From Halobellus captivus (GTDB lineage Archaea; Halobacteriota; Halobacteria; Halobacteriales; Haloferacaceae), in NCBI RefSeq assembly GCF_007655485.1, contig NZ_VJXQ01000001.1, positions 728,521 through 768,520 of the forward strand: a stretch of 40,000 bases of DNA, written 5' to 3'. The translations under genes and the position numbers were made by a program. Below the pieces are notes generated by a model. It was not told the origin of the DNA and did no database searches. It worked only from the letters and a program-made list of their open reading frames with translations. Each line of letters opens with the position of its first letter. The first letter of the stretch is position 1. Shown piece after piece: positions 1-8,797 of the stretch.

Positions 1-1158
1 GTCAGCGGCCGCATCGTCGCCATCGGGCGCGTCCGGCGCGGGAGCGAACGCGTCTCGCTCCTCGTCGAGCAGGGTAGCCACCCGGTCTTCGACGACCTCA
101 CGGACGTTCGAGTCGGCCGTCTTGCTCGCGCGGATCGTCTCGTCGACGTCGAGCGCGGCCGAGGAGAGGCCCAGTTCGCGGACGCGCTCCTCGACGGCGT
201 CGTCGGGGTCGGCGAAGGAGACGTCGACGGAGGCCTCGACGTCCCGCTCGCGGCGGTCGGTGACGCGGGCGATCAGCGCGCCGCGGTCCGTGAGCGATTC
301 CTCGATCGACGCGGGCGTCACCGGCTCGCCCTCGCCGAGGATCTCGACGACGACGACCGCGTCGTCGACCTCGCGCTGTCGGAGTTGCTCGCGGACGCGC
401 CCGGGCCCCTCGCCCGCGGCCAATTCGACGGGGACGAAGACGAACTCGCGCGTGTCGAGCGTTCGCCGCCGGATGTCGACCGCGGCTGCTTCCGACGCAC
501 CGAACTCGATGAGGTTGTAGCCGCGCGGCTCTTTTTCGGCGGCGCTGGCGCGCTCCGTCGACCCGCAGTAGGTCACCCACGTGTCGGCGACGGTCTCGAC
601 GCCCGGCGCGTGGTTATCCCCGAGGAGCACCGCGTCGAAGTCGATGTTCGAGCGCTCCAGGACGGTCTCGGTCTCCCAGTCGGCGTAGGCGAAGGGGGTG
701 AACAGCCCGTGGCTCACGAGCGCCGCGCGGGTCGCGTCGTGGGGCTCGAACGAATAGTCGAGGTCCTCGCGCCGCGATTTCGGGACGTGATCGAGGCCGT
801 AAAAGGCCGTCTCGCCGACGAGCCGGGGTTCCGCGCCGAGTCGCTCGGCGAGGCCGAGGTTCTCGAAGAGGTCGAGCCACTGCCCGCCGCGCGTCGATTC
901 GTGGTTTCCCACGACCGCGAGAAACGGGATTCCCGTCTCCCTGAGTCGTCGGAGGACGCGGATCGTGCCGAGGAGGTCGCGCAGTTCCGGTCGCCTGTCG
1001 TGGAACAGGTCGCCCGCGTGGACGACGGCGTCGACGTCGTCCTCGATGGCGTCGTCGACCACCTGCTCGAACGCGTCGAGGAAGTCCGCGCGGCGCGTCG
1101 GCGAGTGGTACTGCTGGTACCCGAGGTGGGTGTCGCCGGTGTGGATCACCCGTGTCAT
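1..1158 (-). CDS. mre11: DNA double-strand-break repair nuclease Mre11 (first ~386 codons; 3' end lies beyond the left edge)
   Basis: The frame is open from the ATG at 1158-1156 down to position 1; it is absent from the ORF track because there is no stop in the window. Hand translation gives MTRVIHTGDTHLGYQQYHSPTRRADFLDAFEQVVDDAIEDDVDAVVHAGDLFHDRRPELRDLLGTIRVLRRLRETGIPFLAVVGNHE. The calcineurin-type phosphoesterase motifs (GDTH, GDLFH, GNHE) appear in the order typical of archaeal Mre11. Confidence 0.85.
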   Translation of the reverse strand, partial: MTRVIHTGDTHLGYQQYHSPTRRADFLDAFEQVVDDAIEDDVDAVVHAGDLFHDRRPELRDLLGTIRVLRRLRETGIPFLAVVGNHESTRGGQWLDLFENLGLAERLGAEPRLVGETAFYGLDHVPKSRREDLDYSFEPHDATRAALVSHGLFTPFAYADWETETVLERSNIDFDAVLLGDNHAPGVETVADTWVTYCGSTERASAAEKEPRGYNLIEFGASEAAAVDIRRRTLDTREFVFVPVELAAGEGPGRVREQLRQREVDDAVVVVEILGEGEPVTPASIEESLTDRGALIARVTDRRERDVEASVDVSFADPDDAVEERVRELGLSSAALDVDETIRASKTADSNVREVVEDRVATLLDEERDAFAPAPDAPDGDDAAAD

Positions 1159-1183
1159 CTGTCCCCTGATTGATCGCTCCGTC

Positions 1184-1564
1184 CTAAAACCGTTCCGCGA
1201 CCGGAGCGGAAGTGGTCGCCACCGGCGCGTTCGCCTCCCCATCTAGGGCGGCCGAAAGCCCACGGAGCGTCTCGCGTGCCTCTTGCCCGCGCCGCGTCGC
1301 CTCGCGCGCGCCGCGCCGATCGGCCGCCGCAATAGCCGCCTCCAACTCGGCGATTCGGCCGTCGCGCAGAAACCGGGCCGCCGTTCGGGCGCACGAAGTG
1401 GCCGTTTCAGCGTCGCTGACGACCTCGTCGATACGCCGGTAAGAAGGTGCATCCGTCGAGCGGATCGGCGTCCGGGACGGCGCCGTGCCGTCAGTGAGCG
1501 CGCGGAGCGACCGGCGGACGGTTCTCGACGGCGGTGCGCCGGTCGCAGAGCGGGAGTCGGTCAC
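1184..1564 (-). CDS. hypothetical protein immediately upstream of mre11 (GTG start)
   Basis: 126-aa ORF with good third-position G/C bias by hand inspection. It ends 26 nt before the mre11 start on the same strand. I recognise no motif, and its basic, Arg-rich composition is atypical for a haloarchaeal protein. Confidence 0.45.
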   Translation of the reverse strand: MTDSRSATGAPPSRTVRRSLRALTDGTAPSRTPIRSTDAPSYRRIDEVVSDAETATSCARTAARFLRDGRIAELEAAIAAADRRGAREATRRGQEARETLRGLSAALDGEANAPVATTSAPVAERF

Positions 1565-1720
1565 GGAGAGGATAGCGTCGTAATCGCACTTGAACGTTCG
1601 GCGGTGGAGGCCCGACGGTTCGGCGGTGGGGACTAGACCGTTCAGCGGTGCGGTCGCGGGCGTACGGCCGTCTCGGCTCCGCTCACACGACGGAACTCTG
1701 TGCGTCCCGCCCAGGTCCGC

Positions 1721-1984
1721 TCACAGATTCAGCGTGTACAGCCGTTTCCTCGCGTCGGTGAACGAAAAGCGCGAGTCGACCGCGCCAGCGTCTTCGAGTC
1801 GGGCGAGGGCGTAGCGAACCGTCCGCGGCGGGAGGAGCGTCTCCTCGGCGAGTTGGCTCTGCGTCAGCGTCTCGTTGTAGTCGAGTACCTTCGCGACCAG
1901 TTTCGCGCTCGGCGGCATCTCGCGCACCGGTTCCCAGCGGTCGGTCGACGCCTCTTCGGGGGCGAGTGCCTCGGTGGTGCTCAT
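1721..1984 (-). CDS. small winged-helix (MarR/ArsR-like) transcription regulator
   Basis: 87 aa. The segment AKLVAKVLDYNETLTQSQLAEETLLPPRTVRYALARLEDAGAVDSR is a classic wHTH recognition-helix and wing pattern. An AT-rich promoter region lies upstream (1985-2060). Confidence 0.8.
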   Translation of the reverse strand: MSTTEALAPEEASTDRWEPVREMPPSAKLVAKVLDYNETLTQSQLAEETLLPPRTVRYALARLEDAGAVDSRFSFTDARKRLYTLNL

Positions 1985-2128
1985 TCGTACCTCTCACTGT
2001 GGGATGTAGCTTGATAATATTTTCTGTATTAGATTATTACTCTAAAGAATTTCATCGAGGGCTCGGTCCACCGACGACATCGAGTCGGCACCGTTCGAGG
2101 TCGAATGAACGCCGTCGTTACTCGGATT

Positions 2129-2177
2129 GACTCCGTTCGTAGAACACCTTCGCTCACATGGACTCCGTCCGTAGAAC
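2129..2177. repeat. imperfect 17-bp direct repeat (gactccgtYcgtagaac) at 2129-2145 and 2161-2177, upstream of pan
   Basis: Read directly from the sequence: 16/17 identical, 32-bp period, 74-122 nt upstream of the pan ATG. Confidence 0.8.
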
Positions 2178-2250
2178 CGGTTTCGACCGCGCGCTCACTG
2201 CTAGCGTTTCGTCCACCCGAAGTCTCTTATGAAACCACATCCTACGGTGG

Positions 2251-3471
2251 GTGATGACTGACACTGTGGACGACGTCGAGCTTCCCTACGACGAGGAGGC
2301 GACGTCGCAGCAGGAGAAGATCCAAGCGCTCAGAGAGCGGTTGGACATTCTCGAGTCCCAAAACGAGGAGATGCGGGACAAACTTCTGGACGCGAACGCC
2401 GAGAATAACAAGTACCAGCAGAAACTCGAGCGGCTGACCCACGAGAACAAGAAACTCAAGCAGTCGCCGCTGTTCGTCGCGACGGTGCAGGAACTCACCG
2501 ACGACGGCGTCGTGATCAAACAGCACGGCAACAATCAGGAGGCGCTCACGGAAGTGACAGACGAGATGCGCGAGGACCTCGAACCCGACGCGCGCGTCGC
2601 CGTCAACAACTCGCTTTCAGTCGTGAAGCGCCTCGACAACGAGACAGACGTGCGCGCTCGGGTGATGCAGGTCGATCACAGCCCGGACGTCACCTATGCC
2701 GACATCGGCGGCCTCGAAGAGCAGATGCAGGAAGTGCGCGAAACCGTCGAGATGCCGCTGGAATCGCCGGAAATGTTCGAGCAGGTCGGGATCCAGCCGC
2801 CGTCCGGCGTGCTGCTCTACGGCCCGCCCGGAACGGGAAAGACGATGCTCGCGAAGGCCGTCGCGAACCAGACCGACGCGACGTTCATCAAGATGGCGGG
2901 CTCCGAACTCGTCCACAAGTTCATCGGCGAGGGCGCGAAGCTGGTCCGGGACCTCTTCGAGGTGGCCCGCGAGAACGAGCCCGCCGTCCTGTTCATCGAC
3001 GAGATCGACGCGATCGCCTCGAAGCGGACGGACTCGAAAACGTCGGGTGACGCGGAGGTCCAGCGGACGATGATGCAACTGCTGTCCGAGATGGACGGCT
3101 TCGACGACCGCGGCGACATCCGCATCATCGCCGCCACGAACCGCTTCGATATGCTCGATGAGGCGATCCTCCGGCCGGGTCGCTTCGACCGACTCATCGA
3201 GGTGCCGAAGCCGACCCAGGAGGGTCGCGCGCTCATCTTCCAGATCCACACGCGCGATATGAACGTCGACGACGATGTCGACTTCGAGCATCTCGCCGAA
3301 CTTGCGGACGACGCCTCTGGCGCGGACATCAAGGCGGTCTGTACGGAGGCCGGGATGTTCGCCATCCGCGACGACAGGACGGAGATCACGATGGCGGACT
3401 TCCTCGAGGCGTGGGAGAAGATCCAGTCCGACGCCGTCGACGAGGGGACCGCGAGCCGCGCGTTCGCCTGA
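2251..3471 (+). CDS. pan: proteasome-activating nucleotidase (PAN, AAA+ ATPase)
   Basis: 406 aa. It has an N-terminal coiled coil (QQEKIQALRERLDILESQNEEMRDKLL), Walker A GPPGTGKT, Walker B LFIDEIDA, and the second region of homology ATNRFDMLDEAILRPGRFDR. The start could instead be the second Met at 2254. Confidence 0.95.
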   Translation: MMTDTVDDVELPYDEEATSQQEKIQALRERLDILESQNEEMRDKLLDANAENNKYQQKLERLTHENKKLKQSPLFVATVQELTDDGVVIKQHGNNQEALTEVTDEMREDLEPDARVAVNNSLSVVKRLDNETDVRARVMQVDHSPDVTYADIGGLEEQMQEVRETVEMPLESPEMFEQVGIQPPSGVLLYGPPGTGKTMLAKAVANQTDATFIKMAGSELVHKFIGEGAKLVRDLFEVARENEPAVLFIDEIDAIASKRTDSKTSGDAEVQRTMMQLLSEMDGFDDRGDIRIIAATNRFDMLDEAILRPGRFDRLIEVPKPTQEGRALIFQIHTRDMNVDDDVDFEHLAELADDASGADIKAVCTEAGMFAIRDDRTEITMADFLEAWEKIQSDAVDEGTASRAFA

Positions 3472-3505
3472 TCGCTGGCACGCATCGATCCGCCGAAGAA
3501 CCGTT

Positions 3506-3961
3506 CTATTCCGATTTCTGATCTGGGTCAATAGCCCCCGAGCGGAGCGACTCGACCGCTCGGCGCGTCTCCTCGGTCGCGTCGTAGCCGCGTTCGCCGT
3601 ACACTGTCGCCTCCTCGATGAGCCGCGCCGCCCGAAGTTCAGAGAGGCGACCGTGGAGATCCGACTCACACAGCGAGTACGCGTCGAGGAGTTCGACGAC
3701 CGAAATCGGCCCCCGGTCGGCGAGTTCGACAAGCAGCCCCAGCGACTGCTCGTCGTGCGCGGCGGTGACGAGGCGGCGCGTCGCTTTCGGGATGCCGCTC
3801 GCCGCGACGGAGAGCGGCGCGGCATCGCCCGCATCGAACCGCAGCGTCTCGTTCGGGAGGTACCGCTCCTCGCCGGTCGCCGGATCTCGCACGCGACTCG
3901 ACTCCGCGGAGCGCTTCACGAGCAGGTAGGGGTCGCCGTCGGCGTCGCGGACGGTCTGCAT
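3506..3961 (-). CDS. conserved hypothetical protein with a C-terminal winged-helix-like segment
   Basis: 151 aa with acidic composition and coherent codon bias. The segment LGLLVELADRGPISVVELLDAYSLCESDLHGRLSELRAARLIEE resembles a wHTH. Confidence 0.7.
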   Translation of the reverse strand: MQTVRDADGDPYLLVKRSAESSRVRDPATGEERYLPNETLRFDAGDAAPLSVAASGIPKATRRLVTAAHDEQSLGLLVELADRGPISVVELLDAYSLCESDLHGRLSELRAARLIEEATVYGERGYDATEETRRAVESLRSGAIDPDQKSE

Positions 3962-4051
3962 AGTCGACGAGTGGACCGTCAGGCGCTTATCGGTTGCGTT
4001 GGCGCCGAACGGGCGAGAGAAGCATAATCGATCAACCGTGGCAGTACTGCG

Positions 4052-4429
4052 TCACTCCTCGGACGTCTCGTCGCGGTCGTCGCCCGCTGCGACGTCCGTG
4101 CGGTAGCGCCGGTAGAGGTCGTACGTACGGTAGAGCGCGAAGAGGCCGATCGCGACGCCGCCGCCGCCCCACACCCACTGGCCTCGGAAGCCGATCAGTA
4201 ACAGCCCCAGGCTGATTCCCGCGAGCGCGACGTTGGCGTAGATGACCGTCGCCCAGAAGTACTTCGCGAGGTCGCCGTCGATGTTGACGCCAGCACCCTC
4301 GTCGTCGACGTCGTCACCGGGGACTTCGACGGACGGAACCGTGGCGAGATCGGTCTCGGGATCGCCCCACCGACCTTCGGGATCGGGCTCCTCGGGTTCG
4401 TCGGGCCAGTCGTCGAACTCCGTCGGCAC
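4052..4429 (-). CDS. small membrane protein (acidic N- and C-termini, two predicted TM helices)
   Basis: 125 aa. Hydrophobic stretches YFWATVIYANVALAGISLGLLLIGF and VWGGGGVAIGLFALY are flanked by very acidic tails. Confidence 0.75.
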   Translation of the reverse strand: MPTEFDDWPDEPEEPDPEGRWGDPETDLATVPSVEVPGDDVDDEGAGVNIDGDLAKYFWATVIYANVALAGISLGLLLIGFRGQWVWGGGGVAIGLFALYRTYDLYRRYRTDVAAGDDRDETSEE

Positions 4430-4499
4430 GTTCGGATGCAGGAAGGGTCACCGCAAAAACGGTTCGTTCCGGCGCGCGGTCGAGACGTTCGACCAGAGC

Positions 4500-4564
4500 G
4501 GGGTGCGTTCCACTGCACCGCATAGAGGCCTTAGGCCCCAGAAGGGGTGCGTTCCGCCGCACCG
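4500..4564. repeat. two copies of a 21-nt hairpin-forming motif (ggggtgcgttccRcYgcaccg) at 4500-4520 and 4544-4564
   Basis: Read directly. Each copy contains the inverted repeat GGTGC...GCACC, and a GGCC-tta-GGCC mini-hairpin lies between them (4528-4538). They sit in a 143-bp gap between two minus-strand genes. Confidence 0.75.
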
Positions 4565-4572
4565 GAGAACGT

Positions 4573-4761
4573 TCAGCAGTGCTCGGAAAGCAGAATCGTC
4601 TGTGACGTCTCGACCCACGCCAGCGGGTTCTGCGGGTCGTAGAAGACGACTCCGCCGTCGACCTCATAGGACTCGACGTCGTCGAGTCCGCTCGCTTCGC
4701 CCACCCGCGCCGGTGCGGCTGGCGACCGATCCGTCCGTTCGGAGTCCACAGGGTCGACCAT
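4573..4761 (-). CDS. small acidic hypothetical protein
   Basis: 62 aa, acidic. A TATA-like element (plus-strand atattatagg, 4785-4794) sits at the distance expected for a leaderless transcript. Confidence 0.55.
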   Translation of the reverse strand: MVDPVDSERTDRSPAAPARVGEASGLDDVESYEVDGGVVFYDPQNPLAWVETSQTILLSEHC

Positions 4762-4815
4762 TGTAAATCGTGTTATGTGTTACCATATTATAGGTCTTGC
4801 GGGTCCGTCAACAAC

Positions 4816-4870
4816 TGACTGGTAATTGCTGGCCGACAATCATTGACCGATAATTGCTGGCCGACGGTCA
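4816..4870. promoter_or_regulatory. tandem 27-bp repeat (tgacYgRtaattgctggccgacRRtca) with a perfect 15-bp core taattgctggccgac, upstream of polB
   Basis: Units at 4816-4842 and 4844-4870, 23/27 identical, 28-bp period. They lie between a TATA-like element (4785-4794) and the polB start candidates (4889/4919/4958). Confidence 0.7.
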
Positions 4871-4957
4871 CCGATCGGCTACGACTGGATGACAATCACC
4901 GATCGACGGTCGGGGGCAATGCCGAAGCTTTTACTCGACAGTGTCGAAGGCGTCCCT

Positions 4958-7699
4958 ATGAAACAGGCAGGGCTCACGGACAACTGGGGGGGCGGCGGTG
5001 GCTCCGCCGACGGCCCCCGGCCCGAGGACGAGGCGGTCGCCGTCGCGGGAAACGGCACCCAGCACGTCTCAGAGGTCGTCGACGCCGAGGATATCCGCTT
5101 CCCCGACGCCGACGACACAATCGAGCTGATGGTGACCCAGGTGAACTACTCCGTCGAGGGCAGCGGCGACCGCGAGTACCCCGTCGTCCACGTGTTCGGC
5201 AGGACCCGAGAGAACGAGGTCGAACACGTTCGCGTGCTCGGATTCGAGCCGTACTTCTACGCGCCGACGGACACGCTCGACGACGACAAACTCGACAAGA
5301 ACGTCATCACGCGCACCGAGGAGGGCTTTCAGAGTATCCGCGGCGACGAGCTGACGAAGGTCTGCACGCGGACCCCGCGGGACGTCGGGCAGATCCGCGA
5401 CGAGTTCGACCACTACGAGGCCGACATCCTCTTTCCGAACCGCCTGCTGATCGACAAGGACATCAAGAGCGGCATCCGCGTCCCCGCCCGTCGACTCGGC
5501 GACGAGCCGGACGATCCGGACGCGTCCGGGGGCGAGAAACCCTCGATCCAGATCCCGCACGACGAGATCGAGCCCGTCGAGGTCGACGCCGACCTCCGCG
5601 TGAACACCTTCGACATCGAGGTCGACGACCGCTCGGGCTTCCCCGAGGAGGGCGAAGAGCCGATCGTCTGCCTCACGAGTCACGACTCCTACCGCGACGA
5701 GTACGTCGCGTGGCTGTACGACGCTCCCGACGCGGGCGACGGCGTCGGCTCGCCGGAGTCGCTTCCGGGCTACGAACCGCTCCGCGACGACACCGAGATC
5801 GAGGTCCGCACCTTCGAGCGCGAGGGCGAGATGCTCGACGCCTTTATCGCCTACATCGAGCGGACCGATCCCGACGTGCTGACCGGCTGGAACTTCGAGG
5901 ACTTCGATATGCCCTACCTCCTCGATCGGATGGACGTGATACGCCCCACCTCCGAGTACGATCTCGACCCCGAGCGCTTCTCTCGAATCGGCGAAGTCTG
6001 GCGCAGCGGGTGGGGCGGCCCCAACGTGAAGGGCCGGGTCGTCTTCGACCTCCTCTACGCGTACAAGCGCACGCAGTTCTCCGAACTGGAGTCGTATCGC
6101 CTCGACGCCGTCGGCGAACTCGAACTCGACGTCGGAAAGGAACGCTACGCGGGCGACATCGGCGACCTCTGGGAGCAAGAGCCCGAGCGCCTGCTCGAAT
6201 ACAACGTTCGCGACGTGGAACTCTGCGTCGAGATCGACCGCAAGCAGGAGGTCATCGCCTTCTGGGACGAGGTGCGTACGTTCGTCGGCTGCAAGCTGGA
6301 AGACGCGACGACGCCGGGCGACACCGTCGACGTCTACATCCTCCACGAGGCCCACGGCCGCTTCGCCCTGCCGTCGAAGGGACAGGCCGACGCGGAGGAC
6401 TACGAGGGCGGCGCGGTCTTCGATCCGATCACCGGCGTGAAGGAGAACGTGACGGTGCTCGACCTGAAAAGCCTCTATCCGATGTGTATGGTGACGATCA
6501 ACGCGTCGCCGGAGACGAAGGTCGACCCCGACGGGTACGACGGCGAGACGTTCCGCGCCCCCAACGGGACGCACTTCCGGCGCGAACCCGAGGGGATTAT
6601 CCGTGAGATGATCGACGACCTCCTCGCCGAGCGCGAGGAGAAGAAGTCGCTGCGAAACGAGAACGATCCCGGGTCCGCCGCCTACGAGCAGTACGACCGA
6701 CAGCAGGGGGCTGTCAAGGTGATTATGAACTCGTTGTACGGCGTTCTCGGCTGGGATCGATTCCGCCTGTACGACAAGGAGATGGGCGCTGCGGTCACTG
6801 CGACCGGTCGCGACGTGATCGAGCACACCGCCGAAGCAGCGAACGAACTCGGCAAGCGTGTCATCTATGGAGACACCGATTCGGTGATGTTAGAACTCGG
6901 CGGCGACGTCTCCAAAGCGGACGCGATCGAGCAGTCGTTCGAGTTGGAGGCGCACATCAACGACTCCTACGACGAGTTCGCCGCCCGCGAACTCGACGCC
7001 GAACACCACCGCTTCCAGATCGAGTTCGAGAAGCTCTATCGGCGGTTCTTCCAGGCGGGCAAGAAGAAGCGCTACGCGGGCCACATCGTCTGGAAGGAGG
7101 GCAAGGACGTCGACGATATCGACATCACGGGCTTCGAGTACAAGCGCTCGGACATCGCACCGATCACGAAGGAGGTGCAAAAGCGCGTCATCGAGATGAT
7201 CGTTCACGGCGAATCGAACGACGCCATCGCCGACTACATCCACGGGATCATCGAGGACTTCGAGACGGGCGAGGTCCCGGTCGAGGAGATCGGAATCCCC
7301 GGCGGAATCGGCAAGCGGCTGGACGCCTACGACACCGCGACCGCGCAGGTCCGCGGCGCGAAGTACGCCAACGAGTTCCTCGGGACGAACTTCGGGCGCG
7401 GGTCGAAGCCGAAGCGGCTCTACCTGCGGAAGGTCCACCCCTCGTGGTTCCGGAAAATGGAGGGCGAGAAGGGATTCGACCCGCAGCGAGACGCCCTCTA
7501 CGGCGAGTTCAAACGCGACCCCGACGTCATCTGCGTCGAGTACGACGACCAGCTTCCCGAGGAGTTCGAGGTCGACTGGGACAAGATGTTGGAGAAGACG
7601 CTGAAGGGGCCGATCGATCGCATCATCGAGGCGCTCGGGATGTCGTGGGACGAGGTGAAGTCGGGACAGGAACAGACCGGCCTCGGAAGCTTCGTGTAG
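4958..7699 (+). CDS. polB: family-B DNA polymerase (PolB), intein-free
   Basis: Exo I motif FDIEVDD, polymerase motif A DLKSLYPMCM, motif C YGDTDS and KKKRYAG. The ORF is open from 4889. I prefer the Met at 4958 (MKQAGLTDNW...), but 4889 and 4919 are possible starts. Confidence 0.93.
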   Translation: MKQAGLTDNWGGGGGSADGPRPEDEAVAVAGNGTQHVSEVVDAEDIRFPDADDTIELMVTQVNYSVEGSGDREYPVVHVFGRTRENEVEHVRVLGFEPYFYAPTDTLDDDKLDKNVITRTEEGFQSIRGDELTKVCTRTPRDVGQIRDEFDHYEADILFPNRLLIDKDIKSGIRVPARRLGDEPDDPDASGGEKPSIQIPHDEIEPVEVDADLRVNTFDIEVDDRSGFPEEGEEPIVCLTSHDSYRDEYVAWLYDAPDAGDGVGSPESLPGYEPLRDDTEIEVRTFEREGEMLDAFIAYIERTDPDVLTGWNFEDFDMPYLLDRMDVIRPTSEYDLDPERFSRIGEVWRSGWGGPNVKGRVVFDLLYAYKRTQFSELESYRLDAVGELELDVGKERYAGDIGDLWEQEPERLLEYNVRDVELCVEIDRKQEVIAFWDEVRTFVGCKLEDATTPGDTVDVYILHEAHGRFALPSKGQADAEDYEGGAVFDPITGVKENVTVLDLKSLYPMCMVTINASPETKVDPDGYDGETFRAPNGTHFRREPEGIIREMIDDLLAEREEKKSLRNENDPGSAAYEQYDRQQGAVKVIMNSLYGVLGWDRFRLYDKEMGAAVTATGRDVIEHTAEAANELGKRVIYGDTDSVMLELGGDVSKADAIEQSFELEAHINDSYDEFAARELDAEHHRFQIEFEKLYRRFFQAGKKKRYAGHIVWKEGKDVDDIDITGFEYKRSDIAPITKEVQKRVIEMIVHGESNDAIADYIHGIIEDFETGEVPVEEIGIPGGIGKRLDAYDTATAQVRGAKYANEFLGTNFGRGSKPKRLYLRKVHPSWFRKMEGEKGFDPQRDALYGEFKRDPDVICVEYDDQLPEEFEVDWDKMLEKTLKGPIDRIIEALGMSWDEVKSGQEQTGLGSFV

Positions 7700-7855
7700 G
7701 GCGCAGAAGCAACTCACGGGGACTGCGGCGACGTAGCCGTTTTCGGTTTCGTGAAACACAAATAATTTTTCTCGACAATAAAGAGACGAGGGGCGAATGC
7801 GTAACCATTATGGGCGTTAGAACCCATTTCACAGTCACGAGGCAACGAAACAACG

Positions 7856-8770
7856 ATGGCTACACTCGAAATCAAGAACCTCCACGCGAGCGTGGCGGAG
7901 GAAGGCGGCGAACAGATTCTTCGCGGCGTCGACCTGGAGGTCGACTCCGGTGAGATCCACGCCCTGATGGGTCCAAACGGGTCGGGGAAGTCGACGACGG
8001 CGAAGATTATCGCCGGGCACCCCGCCTACGAGGTGACTGACGGGCAGATCCTGCTCCGCTTCGGCGAGGACGAGGTCGACGACGACGTCCCCGAAGAGAA
8101 ACTGACGTGGGACCTTCTCGAACTGGAGCCGAACGAGCGCGCGGCGCTCGGTATCTTCCTCGGCTTCCAGTACCCCGCAGAGATCGAGGGCGTCACAATG
8201 ACGAATTTCCTGCGGACGGCGCTCAACGCGAAGCTCGAAGAGCGCGAGGAGCTCTTCGAAGACGAAGACGAATCCGAGGAGGCGGAGGCCGACGAGGACG
8301 AAGCGGGCTACGAGACGTCGCCGATGGAGGGCCCCGCAGACGAGGGCGAGGTCGGCGTCGCCGAGTTCCAAAAGCTCCTCAAAGAGAAGATGGAGCTGCT
8401 CGACATGGACGAGAAGTTTATGCAGCGCTATCTCAATGCCGGGTTCTCCGGCGGTGAGAAGAAACAGAACGAGGTGCTGCAGGCGGCCATCCTCGAGCCG
8501 TCGATCGCCGTCCTCGACGAGATCGACTCCGGGCTCGACATCGACCGCCTGCAGGACGTCTCGAAGGGGATCAACGCGCTCCGCGACGAGCAGGGCACGG
8601 GCATCCTCCAGATCACCCACTACCAGCGGATCCTCGAATACGTCGAGCCCGACCACGTTCACATCATGCTCGACGGCCGCGTCGTCAAGAGCGGCGACGC
8701 GTCGCTGGCCGAACAACTCGAAGACAAGGGCTACGACTGGGTCCGCGAGGAAGTCTACGAGACGGCCTAA
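7856..8770 (+). CDS. sufC: Fe-S cluster assembly ATPase SufC
   Basis: 304 aa. Walker A GPNGSGKST, ABC signature FSGGEKK, Walker B AVLDEIDSGLD, and a haloarchaeal acidic insertion. It is followed by sufB and sufD. Confidence 0.95.
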   Translation: MATLEIKNLHASVAEEGGEQILRGVDLEVDSGEIHALMGPNGSGKSTTAKIIAGHPAYEVTDGQILLRFGEDEVDDDVPEEKLTWDLLELEPNERAALGIFLGFQYPAEIEGVTMTNFLRTALNAKLEEREELFEDEDESEEAEADEDEAGYETSPMEGPADEGEVGVAEFQKLLKEKMELLDMDEKFMQRYLNAGFSGGEKKQNEVLQAAILEPSIAVLDEIDSGLDIDRLQDVSKGINALRDEQGTGILQITHYQRILEYVEPDHVHIMLDGRVVKSGDASLAEQLEDKGYDWVREEVYETA

Positions 8771-8797
8771 CCCGACAGTGAACACACAACTACACCC

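Noticed and set aside
2617-3834. 405-aa minus-strand ORF overlapping pan and the next gene
   Set aside because: It lies antisense to an unambiguous PAN AAA+ gene and has Arg/Ser/Ala-rich composition with no motifs. This is the typical high-GC shadow ORF.
4843-6826. 587-aa plus-strand (4843-6606) and 585-aa minus-strand (5069-6826) ORFs inside polB
   Set aside because: They are off-frame or antisense to a family-B polymerase with all catalytic motifs, and their extreme Arg content is incompatible with an acidic haloarchaeal proteome.
4958-7699. Intein in polB
   Set aside because: The polymerase motifs are contiguous (motif A, KKKRYAG and YGDTDS all in normal spacing), and the ~913-aa length fits an intein-free enzyme.
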